From Ignavibacteriaceae bacterium (GTDB lineage: Bacteria; Bacteroidota; Ignavibacteria; Ignavibacteriales; Ignavibacteriaceae): a DNA stretch of 64,000 bases. Shown here piece by piece: positions 38,453 to 49,011 of this stretch. The notes beneath the pieces were generated by a model. The model had not been told where the DNA came from and searched no databases. It saw only the letters and a list, made by a program, of their open reading frames with translations. Where the stretch lies: positions 560-64,559 of the forward strand of contig JARLHD010000054.1 in NCBI GenBank assembly GCA_031292435.1, written 5' to 3'. Made by a program: the position numbers and the translations under genes. Numbering within the stretch: the first letter of the stretch is position 1; each line of letters starts with the position of its first letter.

Positions 38453-41400
38453 TTATTTACTACCAAAGAGAATGGAATCATCGCCAAGGAGGGATATTAT
38501 ATCTTTAACAAACTGATCTGAAATGTTAACCCGGAAATCTTTGAGATAAAAGAGCCGGGGCTTGGAACCGTTATTATTGAAGAAGTGAAGGTAGACAGGA
38601 AATTTACCAGGATATTTAGCAAGGATATCTTTTAAGGCAGTCATAGTTTCAGGAGTGTTCATTGTTTTTTCAGAGAACAGTTTAACACTTTCAGTAAATT
38701 TTTCGCGGGCATCTTTAAGAGGAATGACTTCATTGATATGCAATTTTATTGCATCTCCGCTACTTTCAGTGTCGCCTATTATAAAGACACAATCTTCTTC
38801 TTTAATAAACTTTCCATATTTCTCGTATGTTTTGGAAAACATAAGGCACTCACATGAACCTGAGAAATCATCGAGAGTAAAAAATGCCATGGCGCGACCT
38901 GATTTATCCATTTTAGTTTTCAGATCAGTAATAACCCCGCATGCACGAGCATTTTCTATTTCTTTTTGTTCCTCTGTTTCACCAAGATGAATAGTCGCGA
39001 AAGATTTGTATTCAATTTCATATTTACTGAGAGGGTGACCGGTTACATAAAATCCAGTTACCTCCCTTTCCCTTGCAAGAGTATCCCGAGTAGACCACCG
39101 TTCGACAGTTTTGAGAGCGGGTTCTTTGATTTTTATTTCTTCCGAATTACTACCGAACAAACTATCCTCAACAGATTTGTTTGAGCTTTGTAAACGGCTT
39201 CCAAAGGAGAGAGCTTCTTCAACAGCAGCGAAGATATCAGCTCTTTTTTTATTTATAGAATCAAATGCACCTGCGTATACTAATCCTTCAAGTCCTCTTT
39301 TATTGACTACCCTGGTATCAACAGTTGCACAGAATTCAAATATGCTTTTATAATTTCTTCCAAGAGCTTTACGACTTCTGATGATTTCTTCTACTGCGGA
39401 GATGCCCACATTTTTAATAGCTGACATGCCAAACCTTATCTTACCTTTATCGACATCGAAGTAAACGGAAGGGTTATTAACATCAGGCGGAAGGACTTCA
39501 ATTTTAAGTTTACGGCAGTCCTCAAGGAAATTGGCAACCTTATTCTTATTTCCGAATTCGTTGGTTAAGTTAGCGGCTAAGAATTCAGGAGTATAGTAGG
39601 TTTTAAGGTAAGCAGTCTGAAATGCGATATAACTATATGCCACTGCATGACTTTTATTAAACCCGTAGTTTGCAAATTTATCTATAGATTCAAATATTTC
39701 TTCTGCAATTTTAAGAGATATTCCATTGGCATTGGCACCGGCTACAAATTTTTCTTTCTGCTGTTTCATTGCAAGCAAATCTTTTTTACCCATAGCGCGC
39801 CTGAGCAAATCTGCTTCTGCAAGACTCATCCGACCGACCTTGTTAGCAATCTGAATTACCTGTTCCTGATAAACGATTATACCATGAGTTTCCTTAAGAA
39901 TTGGTTCTAATTCAGGATGAAGATAAACTGTTTCTTTAACGCCATATTTCCTATCGATAAAATCATCAATAAATTCCATAGGACCAGGGCGGTACAGAGC
40001 ATTCATTGCCGCAAGGTCAATTAATGAAGTGGGTTTCAACTTTTTAAGATATTCTCTCATGGGGGCTGATTCAAACTGGAAAATGCCAGTAGTTTGTCCT
40101 TTAGAAAACAGTTGTAAAGTTTTTTCATCGTTGAGAGGAATATTATCAATATCTATTTCGACGCCATGATTTTTTTTAATCAGGGAAATAGTATCCCTGA
40201 TAATTGTCAAAGTCCGAAGTCCAAGGAAGTCCATCTTAAGCAGTTTAGCATTTTCGATCTCTTTCATATTAAACTGAGTTACGATATCAGTTTGAGATAC
40301 AGCATTGGCGAGAGGGACATAGTTACTGACATCATCGGGGGTAATTACAACACCAGCCGCATGTTTGGAAGCATTCCTGTTCATACCCTCAAGTACCTTA
40401 GCATACTTTATCAAGTTTTTAATATCTTCTTCCTGGGAATCTTTAACCCATTTTAGTTCAGGAACTTCAGCCAGGGCCTGGTCTATAGAGTAAACCTTAC
40501 CAAATTTAGAGGGTATAAACTTTGTTATTTTATTTACAGTTGGAATAGGAATATTGAGAACTCTGGCAACATCTCTTATTACAGCTTTAGAAGACAACCT
40601 ATTAAATGTAATTATTTGGCTAACGCAGTTAGAGCCATATTTTTTTCTAACATACTCAATAACATCTCCTCTTTGATCATCGGCAAAGTCAATGTCGATA
40701 TCGGGCATAGACTTTCTGGCCGGATTTAGGAAACGTTCAAAGAGCAGATCATACTCCAGTGGATTGATATTAGTAATACCTAAAGTATATGCTACAAGAC
40801 TTCCGGCAGCACTTCCTCTACCCGGACCGACGGGTATTTTCATTTTCTTAGCGGCATTAATAAAATCCTGGACAACCAGGAAGTAACCTGCGAACTCCAT
40901 TTTTTTGATTGTTTCGACCTCAAAATCGAATCTTTCTTTTATTTCATTAGTCAACTTTGGAAATTTCTTTTCCAGACCTTCCAAGGCTAGCAGTTCAAAA
41001 TATTCATCCAAAGTCTTGGCAGGTGAATCAGGCGGAATGGGGAATTTGGGGAAATGATAATCTCCATGATCCAGTTGAAAATCTATTTTAGAATCTATCT
41101 CAAGCGTATTCTCAATTGCCCCACTGTAATTTTTGAACAGCTTTTTCATCTCATCTTCAGACTTAAAATATATTTGGTCTGTACCATATCTTAACTGCCT
41201 GTAATCCGTTCCGTTTTTATCTGATAAAAGGAGAAGGATATTATGAGCTAATGCATGATCCTGTTCAATATAATGGCAGTCATTGGTTGCGACTAATTTA
41301 ATACCAAGCTGTTTTGCTATTTTAGGCATACCTTCAAGAACAGACTTTTCGATTTCCATATGATGATCCTGAATCTCAAGATAGAAATCATCATCAAAGA

Positions 41401-41914
41401 TCTCCTTGTAAATTTTTGCAGTTTCTAATGCCCGATCGAAGTTGTTGTTAACAAGATGAGAGGCAACAACGCCACCGGCGCAAGCGGAGGTACAAACAAG
41501 TCCTTCTCTATATTTTCTTAATAATTCAAGATCGACCCTTGGTCTGTAGTAAAAACCTTCTGTATGTCCAAGAGTAGACAGTTTTGAAAGGTTACGATAG
41601 CCTATATTATTTTTAGCAAGCAGTATCAGGTGATTATAATGTTTGGTCCGTTTTTTCCCTTTAATATCATCTTTACCGCGGTCAAATCTGCTGCCTTCAG
41701 TAACGACATAAGCTTCCATGCCAAGGATTGGTTTAATTTTTGCATCGGTTGCTTTTTTATAGAACTCAGCGATACCATACATAACACCATGATCAGTTAA
41801 GGCGACAGATTGCATGCCCTGTTTAACGGCAGCATTTACAAGCCCAGCAACAGTACAGGCACCATCCTGCAAGCTATAGTGAGTATGATTATGTAAATGA
41901 ATAAAGTCTGACAT
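38453..41914 (-). CDS. dnaE: DNA polymerase III alpha subunit
   Basis: 1153 aa. PHP domain 'FIHLHNHTHYSLQDG', a polymerase core and a C-terminal OB region. Confidence 0.97.
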   Translation of the reverse strand: MSDFIHLHNHTHYSLQDGACTVAGLVNAAVKQGMQSVALTDHGVMYGIAEFYKKATDAKIKPILGMEAYVVTEGSRFDRGKDDIKGKKRTKHYNHLILLAKNNIGYRNLSKLSTLGHTEGFYYRPRVDLELLRKYREGLVCTSACAGGVVASHLVNNNFDRALETAKIYKEIFDDDFYLEIQDHHMEIEKSVLEGMPKIAKQLGIKLVATNDCHYIEQDHALAHNILLLLSDKNGTDYRQLRYGTDQIYFKSEDEMKKLFKNYSGAIENTLEIDSKIDFQLDHGDYHFPKFPIPPDSPAKTLDEYFELLALEGLEKKFPKLTNEIKERFDFEVETIKKMEFAGYFLVVQDFINAAKKMKIPVGPGRGSAAGSLVAYTLGITNINPLEYDLLFERFLNPARKSMPDIDIDFADDQRGDVIEYVRKKYGSNCVSQIITFNRLSSKAVIRDVARVLNIPIPTVNKITKFIPSKFGKVYSIDQALAEVPELKWVKDSQEEDIKNLIKYAKVLEGMNRNASKHAAGVVITPDDVSNYVPLANAVSQTDIVTQFNMKEIENAKLLKMDFLGLRTLTIIRDTISLIKKNHGVEIDIDNIPLNDEKTLQLFSKGQTTGIFQFESAPMREYLKKLKPTSLIDLAAMNALYRPGPMEFIDDFIDRKYGVKETVYLHPELEPILKETHGIIVYQEQVIQIANKVGRMSLAEADLLRRAMGKKDLLAMKQQKEKFVAGANANGISLKIAEEIFESIDKFANYGFNKSHAVAYSYIAFQTAYLKTYYTPEFLAANLTNEFGNKNKVANFLEDCRKLKIEVLPPDVNNPSVYFDVDKGKIRFGMSAIKNVGISAVEEIIRSRKALGRNYKSIFEFCATVDTRVVNKRGLEGLVYAGAFDSINKKRADIFAAVEEALSFGSRLQSSNKSVEDSLFGSNSEEIKIKEPALKTVERWSTRDTLAREREVTGFYVTGHPLSKYEIEYKSFATIHLGETEEQKEIENARACGVITDLKTKMDKSGRAMAFFTLDDFSGSCECLMFSKTYEKYGKFIKEEDCVFIIGDTESSGDAIKLHINEVIPLKDAREKFTESVKLFSEKTMNTPETMTALKDILAKYPGKFPVYLHFFNNNGSKPRLFYLKDFRVNISDQFVKDIISLLGDDSILFGSK

Positions 41915-42009
41915 GAGAAAATAAATGTGAGTTATGTGCGTTGAATAAACTTAAAGAGTATTTGGTTAAAAATATATATTGACACTAAAGAATTTTCTAC
42001 TTTAGTAAA

Positions 42010-42468
42010 TTATTTTTCCCCGGTATGACCGAAACCACCTATTCCTCTTTTACTATCATTAAGAGCATTAAGTTCATTTAAATCAGCGATATAGACTTTT
42101 GAGATGATTAATTGAGCTATTCTATCACCTCTTTGAATTGTGTAATCAGATTTCCCGAAGTTAAACAATATTATTTTTATTTCTCCGCGATAATCAGAAT
42201 CAATAGTACCGGGAGAGTTCAATATTCCTATTCCATATTTAGCTGCAAGTCCGCTCCTTGGTCTTACCTGTATTTCAAACCCAGGGGGTATTTGGACAGA
42301 TAAATTAGTAGGAACCATAAAATACTCACCCATCTTAATAATTGATGAATCCTTTATAGCAGCTCTGATATCCATTCCAGCACTTCCTTCAGTTGCATAT
42401 TCGGGAAGAGGAATGTCATAATATTCTTCGTTTATTCTTTTTATTTTAATTTTTATATTTTCCATCAA
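42010..42468 (-). CDS. dut: dUTP diphosphatase
   Basis: 'GSAGMDIRA', 'PRSGLAAKYGI', 'GTIDSDYRGEI' and C-terminal 'RG.GGFGHTG' motifs. Confidence 0.95.
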   Translation of the reverse strand: MMENIKIKIKRINEEYYDIPLPEYATEGSAGMDIRAAIKDSSIIKMGEYFMVPTNLSVQIPPGFEIQVRPRSGLAAKYGIGILNSPGTIDSDYRGEIKIILFNFGKSDYTIQRGDRIAQLIISKVYIADLNELNALNDSKRGIGGFGHTGEK

Positions 42469-43925
42469 GAAGCCAATCCAATTTTTTTCTTAATAAATCC
42501 CATTTCATTTTTATCAAAGACAAATAACAACAAGGCCGCTATAAAACCCATCAGAATAAATAATTTATATGAAAATAATAAATTCCCGCAATACCTAAGG
42601 TAGTAATAAACTGACCCAGCAATTATAACAAATCCAAGAGTTTTGATCACCTTAAATTTTTCATAATCTATCTTATAAAATTTCTGAGTTATCATATAGA
42701 CAGCAATTGCCATAACAAGATAACTAGCCAAAGTAGCAAGTGCAGCACCGATAATACCCCAGACAGGTATTAATAAAAAATTAACACCAACATTTATAGC
42801 TGCACCCACACCAGTAATAATTGGAATGTATGAACTTTTTTCTTCAATAAACATTCCGGCAGAAAGGATATAATACATACCATTGAACAGATAACCGAAG
42901 AGAATTATCGGGACGATTACTAACCCGCTCCAATAGTTATGACCTATTAACGTCCCACCATGAAAATGGAATTTAACGATATTATCAATAAACAAAGAAA
43001 GAAATACCAGGATTAAACTACCAGCTATAGTAAAATAGGTAAGTATTTTAGAAAAAACCTGTTTAATGTTTTTTTCCTGTGCATTCTGAAAAAAGAAAGG
43101 CTGCCAGGCATATTGAAACATACTGACAAAGAGCATCATAAAAATACCCAGTTTATAATTTGCGGAATATATGCCTGCGGTATTCAGATCTGTGAGCTTA
43201 GCTAAAATAGGTCTGTCTATTCCCTGAATCATTATTGAACTGAGTCCTGCAGGAAGAAATGGAAGTCCAAATTTGAGAAGTTTCTTCAGAACAGCAATAT
43301 CTATCGTGAATCTAAATGATTTAAGAATAGATGGGAAAAGCAAGAGAAGTGTCAATGCGGAAGATGCAAGATTACTAATAAAGATGGCTTTGACACCCCA
43401 GCCCAATTTAACTATCAGGAAAAAATTCAAAGTAATATTTAGAAAAATCCCAATTATTTTAAATAGAGCAAACTTTTTAGCTTTTCTTTCGATCCTTAAT
43501 TTTACAAATGGAATAATAGTTAAAGAATCAATAAATAAAATCAGGGAAGTATAATAGATTAAATAATTATAATTCGAGGGAATGGCAAGTAAATTAAAAA
43601 CAGGTCTTTGCAATAACAGAACAACCAGACAGATAAGGAAGGATACAATTATAACTGTGAGATATGGAGTAGAGAAATTATTTTTTTCTTCATCCAGATT
43701 CTTAACATTAACAGCATACTTCATGTAAGCAGTATCCATTCCAAAAAGAAGAATAATATTAAGGATTGATATGAATACATAAACCTGGCTTTGTATTCCA
43801 TATTCTACTGGAATAAATTTATTAGTGTAAAGGGGAACGAGTAAGAAAGTAAGAAATCTGCCGACCATGGTACTGATACCATATACAGCAGTATCCTTAG
43901 TAAGCTGTTTAATTTTATCGAGCAT
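42465..43925 (-). CDS. Polysaccharide/oligosaccharide flippase (MOP superfamily, Wzx/MurJ-like)
   Basis: 486 aa, about 12-14 TM segments. The N-terminus 'TAVYGISTMVGRFLTFLLVPLYT' is typical of polysaccharide biosynthesis protein families. Confidence 0.7.
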   Translation of the reverse strand: MLDKIKQLTKDTAVYGISTMVGRFLTFLLVPLYTNKFIPVEYGIQSQVYVFISILNIILLFGMDTAYMKYAVNVKNLDEEKNNFSTPYLTVIIVSFLICLVVLLLQRPVFNLLAIPSNYNYLIYYTSLILFIDSLTIIPFVKLRIERKAKKFALFKIIGIFLNITLNFFLIVKLGWGVKAIFISNLASSALTLLLLFPSILKSFRFTIDIAVLKKLLKFGLPFLPAGLSSIMIQGIDRPILAKLTDLNTAGIYSANYKLGIFMMLFVSMFQYAWQPFFFQNAQEKNIKQVFSKILTYFTIAGSLILVFLSLFIDNIVKFHFHGGTLIGHNYWSGLVIVPIILFGYLFNGMYYILSAGMFIEEKSSYIPIITGVGAAINVGVNFLLIPVWGIIGAALATLASYLVMAIAVYMITQKFYKIDYEKFKVIKTLGFVIIAGSVYYYLRYCGNLLFSYKLFILMGFIAALLLFVFDKNEMGFIKKKIGLAS

Positions 43926-44772
43926 GCGTCCTGCTTAATTGAACTTCAAGCGAAATGTCAAGTGCTTTAACGCTATGTGTTAGAGCTCCTACTGATATAA
44001 AATCAACTCCTGTTTCAGCAATATTTTTTACAGTATTAAAATTAACGCCACCGGAAGCTTCTACTTTACAGTTGCCATTTATCAGACTAACAGCCTTGGT
44101 CATTTCACCTAATTCGAAATTATCCAGCATAATAATATTGGCGCCAGATTGAAGAGCTTCAGATACTTCCACAAGATTTGTAGTTTCCACTTCAATAAGA
44201 AAATTTTCAGATTTAAGATCTCTGTAGTTCCTGCATGCCTTTACGGCGTTCGTAATAGAACCAGCAACCGCTATATGATTATCCTTAATCAGAAACATAT
44301 CATAAAGACCCATTCTATGGTTTTCACACCCACCTATTCTGACAGCTAACTTGTCGATAAACCTTAAACCGGGTACAGTTTTTCTTGTATCGATGATCTT
44401 TGCTTTTGTATGTTTAACTTTTTCCCTGAACTGAGATGCCATAGTAGCAATTCCACTCATCCTCTGCATAAAGTTAAGAGCAGTCCTTTCAGCTGTCAAA
44501 ATCGATGCCGCACTCCCTTCAACAATTGCAACAATATCTCCATTTTTTACAACTGCCCCGTCATTCATAGATCTAAGAAATACTAGATCTTTATTTATGG
44601 TTTTAAATACTTGTTCAGTTACATCAAGACCAGCAATAACCCCATCATCCTTTATAAGAAATATCCCTTTCCCTAAAACATTATCAGGTATAGTTGCGAT
44701 TGTTGTAATGTCCCCGGTACCTATATCCTCTTTCAATGCAGTAAAAATTATATCTGTGATATTTTCAACCAT
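43915..44772 (-). CDS. nadC: Nicotinate-nucleotide diphosphorylase (carboxylating)
   Basis: 'ERTALNF.QRMSGIAT', 'DTRKT.PGLR' and 'MLDNF' motifs. Confidence 0.9.
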   Translation of the reverse strand: MVENITDIIFTALKEDIGTGDITTIATIPDNVLGKGIFLIKDDGVIAGLDVTEQVFKTINKDLVFLRSMNDGAVVKNGDIVAIVEGSAASILTAERTALNFMQRMSGIATMASQFREKVKHTKAKIIDTRKTVPGLRFIDKLAVRIGGCENHRMGLYDMFLIKDNHIAVAGSITNAVKACRNYRDLKSENFLIEVETTNLVEVSEALQSGANIIMLDNFELGEMTKAVSLINGNCKVEASGGVNFNTVKNIAETGVDFISVGALTHSVKALDISLEVQLSRTHAR

Positions 44773-45178
44773 TATTAAAATATTTCCTTAAAGAGCTGAT
44801 ATAAAATTCCGGAGGTCTGCACAGCTTTTTTGTAGAGGATTTCATAAAAGCAAGAACTGAATAACCTTCTGCAGCAAGTAACCCATTTTCTTTAAATACT
44901 TTATAATCAATATGTACCTTAGGAGAATTTAATTCACTAACACAAGCTTCCACAGTAAGCAATTCATCATAAAAGGCAGCATTTTTGTATTTTATAGAAA
45001 TTTCCATTACCGGCATTTCAATACCATTATCTTCAATAGTTTTATAAGGCAGGCCATAATATCTAAGCATTTCTGTTCGAGCAACTTCAAAGAACTCAAT
45101 ATATTTAGCATGATGAAGGAATTGCATCTTATCAGTTTCACAAAAGCGAACGCGGATTTTTGTTTTGTATGATATCAT
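44765..45178 (-). CDS. Acyl-CoA thioesterase (YbgC/4HBT hot-dog fold)
   Basis: Start placed at the ATG (Met10 of the listed ORF, whose own start is TTG). 'IRVRFCETDKMQFLHHAKYIEFFEVAR' fits the 4HBT pattern. Start choice is uncertain. Confidence 0.7.
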   Translation of the reverse strand: MISYKTKIRVRFCETDKMQFLHHAKYIEFFEVARTEMLRYYGLPYKTIEDNGIEMPVMEISIKYKNAAFYDELLTVEACVSELNSPKVHIDYKVFKENGLLAAEGYSVLAFMKSSTKKLCRPPEFYISSLRKYFNNG

Positions 45179-45295
45179 ATGTATATCAGGATAACGAACA
45201 TTCAATGAACAAATTTATTAAAAAGAAATTACTATAAACGATCCCTATAACAATTTAAATAAGAAAATTTATACCTCACCTAACAAAAGAGATAT

Positions 45296-46246
45296 CTATT
45301 CTACAAATTGACCCATTTTTCCAAATTTTTCGATTCTGGCATCAACCAGTTTTTCCGGTTTTATTTTGACCAGGTAGGATAATTCTTCAACAATTACTTT
45401 TTTTAGATTTAATGCTGCTTCCCTGGGATTTGTATGGGCTCCGCCCACAGGTTCAGGAACAATTCGATCGATTAATTTTTGCTCAAGCAAATCAGGCGCA
45501 GTAAGCTTTAATGCTTCAGCAGCTTGTTCTTTAAAATCCCAGCTTCTCCATAATATACTAGAGCAGGATTCAGGACTAATAACAGAGTACCAACAATTTT
45601 CCAGCATCAGAATCCGATTACCAACCCCAATCCCAAGAGCTCCACCACTAGCACCTTCACCGATTATAACCACAAGAATGGGCACTCTCAATTTACTCAT
45701 TTCAAATAAATTTCGGGCTATAGCTTCGGCCTGACCTCTTTCTTCGGCTTCGAGACCAGGAAAAGCTCCAGGAGTATCAATCATAGTTATTACCGGTTTA
45801 TTGAATTTTTCCGCGAGTTTCATTAAACGCAGGGCTTTCCTATAACCTTCGGGGTTAGGCATTCCAAAATTCCTGAATACGTTTGATTTTGTATCACGCC
45901 CCTTCTGATGACCAATAATCATTACATTATATTCATCAATTTTTGCAAACCCGCCTACAATAGCTTTATCATCTTTAAAATTTCTATCTCCATGCAGCTC
46001 AACAAAATTTTCTGTCATTAGGTAAATATAGTCCAAAGTGTAGGGTCTATCCGGGTGACGAGCAAGTTGTACCCTTTGCCATCTTGTCAGATCACTAAAT
46101 AAAGTTTCCTTCAACTTTTTTACCTTTTCCTCAATTTTAACAATCTCCATTTCAATATTCAAACTTCCAGAGAACTTTCTCATCTCATCTATTTTTGTCT
46201 CAAGTTCAAAGATGGGTTTCTCGAAATCCAACACTGTTTTAGCCAT
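45296..46246 (-). CDS. accA: Acetyl-CoA carboxylase carboxyltransferase alpha subunit
   Basis: Start placed at Met8 ('[16 protein letters not shown]', the usual AccA N-terminus), which removes the overlap with the upstream gene. '[20 protein letters not shown]'. Confidence 0.92.
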   Translation of the reverse strand: MAKTVLDFEKPIFELETKIDEMRKFSGSLNIEMEIVKIEEKVKKLKETLFSDLTRWQRVQLARHPDRPYTLDYIYLMTENFVELHGDRNFKDDKAIVGGFAKIDEYNVMIIGHQKGRDTKSNVFRNFGMPNPEGYRKALRLMKLAEKFNKPVITMIDTPGAFPGLEAEERGQAEAIARNLFEMSKLRVPILVVIIGEGASGGALGIGVGNRILMLENCWYSVISPESCSSILWRSWDFKEQAAEALKLTAPDLLEQKLIDRIVPEPVGGAHTNPREAALNLKKVIVEELSYLVKIKPEKLVDARIEKFGKMGQFVE

Positions 46247-46248
46247 AA

Positions 46249-48234
46249 TTATATCTGAGTTCCCCACATTTTCACTAACGCCTTACTTAATATTTCAATA
46301 TCCATCCAAATATTCTGATTCTTAGCATAATAAATATTCAATTTTTCAGAATCCTTACCTTCACTTCCTTCGACGTACCATAGACCTGTTAAACCCTTCT
46401 TACCCAAATATAATTCATTAAGATTCATGTTTTCCCTTGGTCCAACAAAACTGAATTCACCAAGAAACACACCTGGAATCTTAAGAATAAATTTCTGGAA
46501 CTCACTCTGCTTTTTGCTTATAAGAACTGTTAAATATATAGAAGGATAAATAAAAAACAAAACTGAAAGGGATAGGAAGATATCAAAAATCCTTTTAATT
46601 AACTTAATTATTGGACTCGAAATATTATAATTAATTTCGATTAATGGTGTATCATCAAGAATAGAAACAGAAGTTTTGCCAATTAAAAAATCCAAATTGT
46701 TACCAATTAACTTAAAATCAATATTGTAATTCTGACTCTGAGAAACAATAGTCATTATCTGGTTGTAGGAAAGTTGTAATGAAGAGAAAATAACCTCATT
46801 TATTTTTTTGTCCTTAATCACCTTATTTATATTTTCTGTATTTCCAATGACTTTAAATCCACTTATTTCTTCCCCCACTTCTTTGTTTGTAGCACTTATC
46901 AACCCAATTACGTTATGAAGATCCGTATGTTTCTGTTTTAACTTATGTGCAATATCGACTGTATGGCTATCAATCCCAACAAACAAAGTTCTTCGCTGTA
47001 AAGATTCATTATTATTAAGACCCTTAGTAAAAAAGAGTTTTGAGAATATACGCCAGAACGTAAGAGAAAAGAAAAGAGTAAGGTAAGTTAGCACTATTAC
47101 TCCTCTACTATATGCAAAGTCCTTAAAGAAAAATGAGAGGGATGCTACAAAAAAGAAACTGATTATAATAGCACCGAAATTTTTAAGTATTGTAAATTCA
47201 TTTCTTTTATAATTTCCTGTGAGACCTGTAATAAGAATATGAATAATTGCCGGAACTGTATAGACAATTATGAGACTGAATGGAGGAAATCCCGCCCAAC
47301 TATTTTTAAAATGAATATATATTTTTTCGGAACATAGAATCGATAAATCATAAAAAATGAAATCTAAAACTAAAGCAATAGATGCAAGTCTACGTTTTCC
47401 AAGAAAAGCGAATAATTTTCTAAAGATAATGGCTGATTGCAGGATTAACCCTAAAAGAAATGAACCTGATAAGTGTTTTTTTACAAAAAGATTCATTGCA
47501 TTATAAAATATTTTAGTCTCATCCAACCCACTTTTTTTTGTGCTTTCACCTTTATAATGAATAATCTGAGTTGAGTGGACATAAAACACTTTAAATCCTG
47601 ATTTTTGAGATCTATAACAGAAATCGAGATCTTCGCCATACATGAAGAATTTTTCATCAAGTCCCCCTATTCTTTCATATACATCTCTCCGAAACATCAT
47701 AAAAGATCCGGAGACAGCATCAACTTCGTAAGTTCGATCCGGATCAAGGTAGGTTAAATTATATCTTGCGAATAATTTACTTTCAGGGAATAGATTGCTC
47801 AAACCTGTCACTTTGCAAAAGGAAGTCCAAGGTCCAGGAAAACTTCTCCGGCAGGCAAGTTGAAGAGTTCCGTCAGGATTCAGGATTTTACATCCTGCCA
47901 AACCCACTTCTGGATTCTCTTCAAAGAAACCAATCATTTTTTCAAAGGTATCTTCACTTACTAGTGTATCAGGATTTATAAGGAGGATATATTTGCCTGT
48001 AGCTTTTTTCAGGCCAATATTGTTTGCTTTGCTGAATCCCAGATTGTCATTGTTTGCAATAAGATTAACCTCAGGGAAATTATTAGTTATAAACTCAATA
48101 CTGCCATCGTTTGATGCATTATCTACAATTATAATTTCCCGTTTTATTTGCTTTGAAGATTTACTTATTGAATGGAGAAGGTTCTGAAGGAATTCTTTGA
48201 CATTATAATTGACGATTATTATAGAAAGGTCCAA
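46249..48234 (-). CDS. Fusion protein: N-terminal GT2 glycosyltransferase, polytopic membrane and Rossmann-like region, then a truncated phosphoglycosyl-transferase (bacterial sugar transferase)-like C-terminus
   Basis: TTG start after an AGGTGA RBS. GT2 'IIIVNYN...[12 protein letters not shown]...NPD...GED'. The remainder is collinear with the WbaP-like PGT at 49012..50415, but about 60 aa of the catalytic core are absent (see findings). Confidence 0.7.
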   Translation of the reverse strand: MDLSIIIVNYNVKEFLQNLLHSISKSSKQIKREIIIVDNASNDGSIEFITNNFPEVNLIANNDNLGFSKANNIGLKKATGKYILLINPDTLVSEDTFEKMIGFFEENPEVGLAGCKILNPDGTLQLACRRSFPGPWTSFCKVTGLSNLFPESKLFARYNLTYLDPDRTYEVDAVSGSFMMFRRDVYERIGGLDEKFFMYGEDLDFCYRSQKSGFKVFYVHSTQIIHYKGESTKKSGLDETKIFYNAMNLFVKKHLSGSFLLGLILQSAIIFRKLFAFLGKRRLASIALVLDFIFYDLSILCSEKIYIHFKNSWAGFPPFSLIIVYTVPAIIHILITGLTGNYKRNEFTILKNFGAIIISFFFVASLSFFFKDFAYSRGVIVLTYLTLFFSLTFWRIFSKLFFTKGLNNNESLQRRTLFVGIDSHTVDIAHKLKQKHTDLHNVIGLISATNKEVGEEISGFKVIGNTENINKVIKDKKINEVIFSSLQLSYNQIMTIVSQSQNYNIDFKLIGNNLDFLIGKTSVSILDDTPLIEINYNISSPIIKLIKRIFDIFLSLSVLFFIYPSIYLTVLISKKQSEFQKFILKIPGVFLGEFSFVGPRENMNLNELYLGKKGLTGLWYVEGSEGKDSEKLNIYYAKNQNIWMDIEILSKALVKMWGTQI

Positions 48235-48242
48235 GACATCAC

Positions 48243-48962
48243 CTACAAACTCCCAAATATGCTTTTTAATCTTAATTTCCAGACCATTGTAATAGCTTCA
48301 CGCACTATTTTTTTTGACATTTTAGATTTTCCTTTTACTCTGTCAAAAAATACAATGGGGATTTCACCAATATTAAAACCTTTTTTCCATGCTTTATATG
48401 TCATTTCGATCTGGAATGCATATCCATTTGATTTAATATTATTGAGATTTATTGCCTGCAGAACTTCTTTCCGGAAGCATTTAAAACCACCAGTTGCATC
48501 TTTAACGGGAAGACCAGTAATGATTCTAGTGTACGAGTTAGCAAAATAACTTAATAATAGTCTTCCCATGGGCCAATTAACAACATTTACGCCTGAGATA
48601 TATCTGCTGCCCAAAACGATATCATATTTTTTTATTGCTTTGAGGAAGTTTTTAATTTCCTTTGGATCATGAGAATAATCTCCATCCATTTCAAAGATAT
48701 AGCCATAGTTATTTTCTAATGCATATTTAAAACCATCGATATAAGCAGTACCAAGACCCATTTTCTGAGGACGTTTAATTAACTTGAGTCCCTGCATTGT
48801 TTTGCTTAATTCTTCAACATAGCTACCTGTACCATCAGGGGAGTTATCATCAACAATAAGAATATCAACATTCTTATTTCTACTTAAGACATCCGGAATC
48901 AATTTCTGAATGTTATCCAGTTCGTTATATGTCGGTATAATTATGAGCGAGTGTTCGTTCAT
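48243..48962 (-). CDS. Polyprenol-phosphate mannosyl/glycosyltransferase (DPM1-like GT2)
   Basis: 239 aa. 'IIIPTYNELDNI', 'ILIVDDNSPDGTG' and 'MDGDYSHDP' are typical of Dpm1/Ppm1-like enzymes. Confidence 0.75.
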   Translation of the reverse strand: MNEHSLIIIPTYNELDNIQKLIPDVLSRNKNVDILIVDDNSPDGTGSYVEELSKTMQGLKLIKRPQKMGLGTAYIDGFKYALENNYGYIFEMDGDYSHDPKEIKNFLKAIKKYDIVLGSRYISGVNVVNWPMGRLLLSYFANSYTRIITGLPVKDATGGFKCFRKEVLQAINLNNIKSNGYAFQIEMTYKAWKKGFNIGEIPIVFFDRVKGKSKMSKKIVREAITMVWKLRLKSIFGSL

Positions 48963-49011
48963 GCCGGACTAAATCCTATTCTTTTAATGAATTGATCAGA
49001 AGCAAATATAT

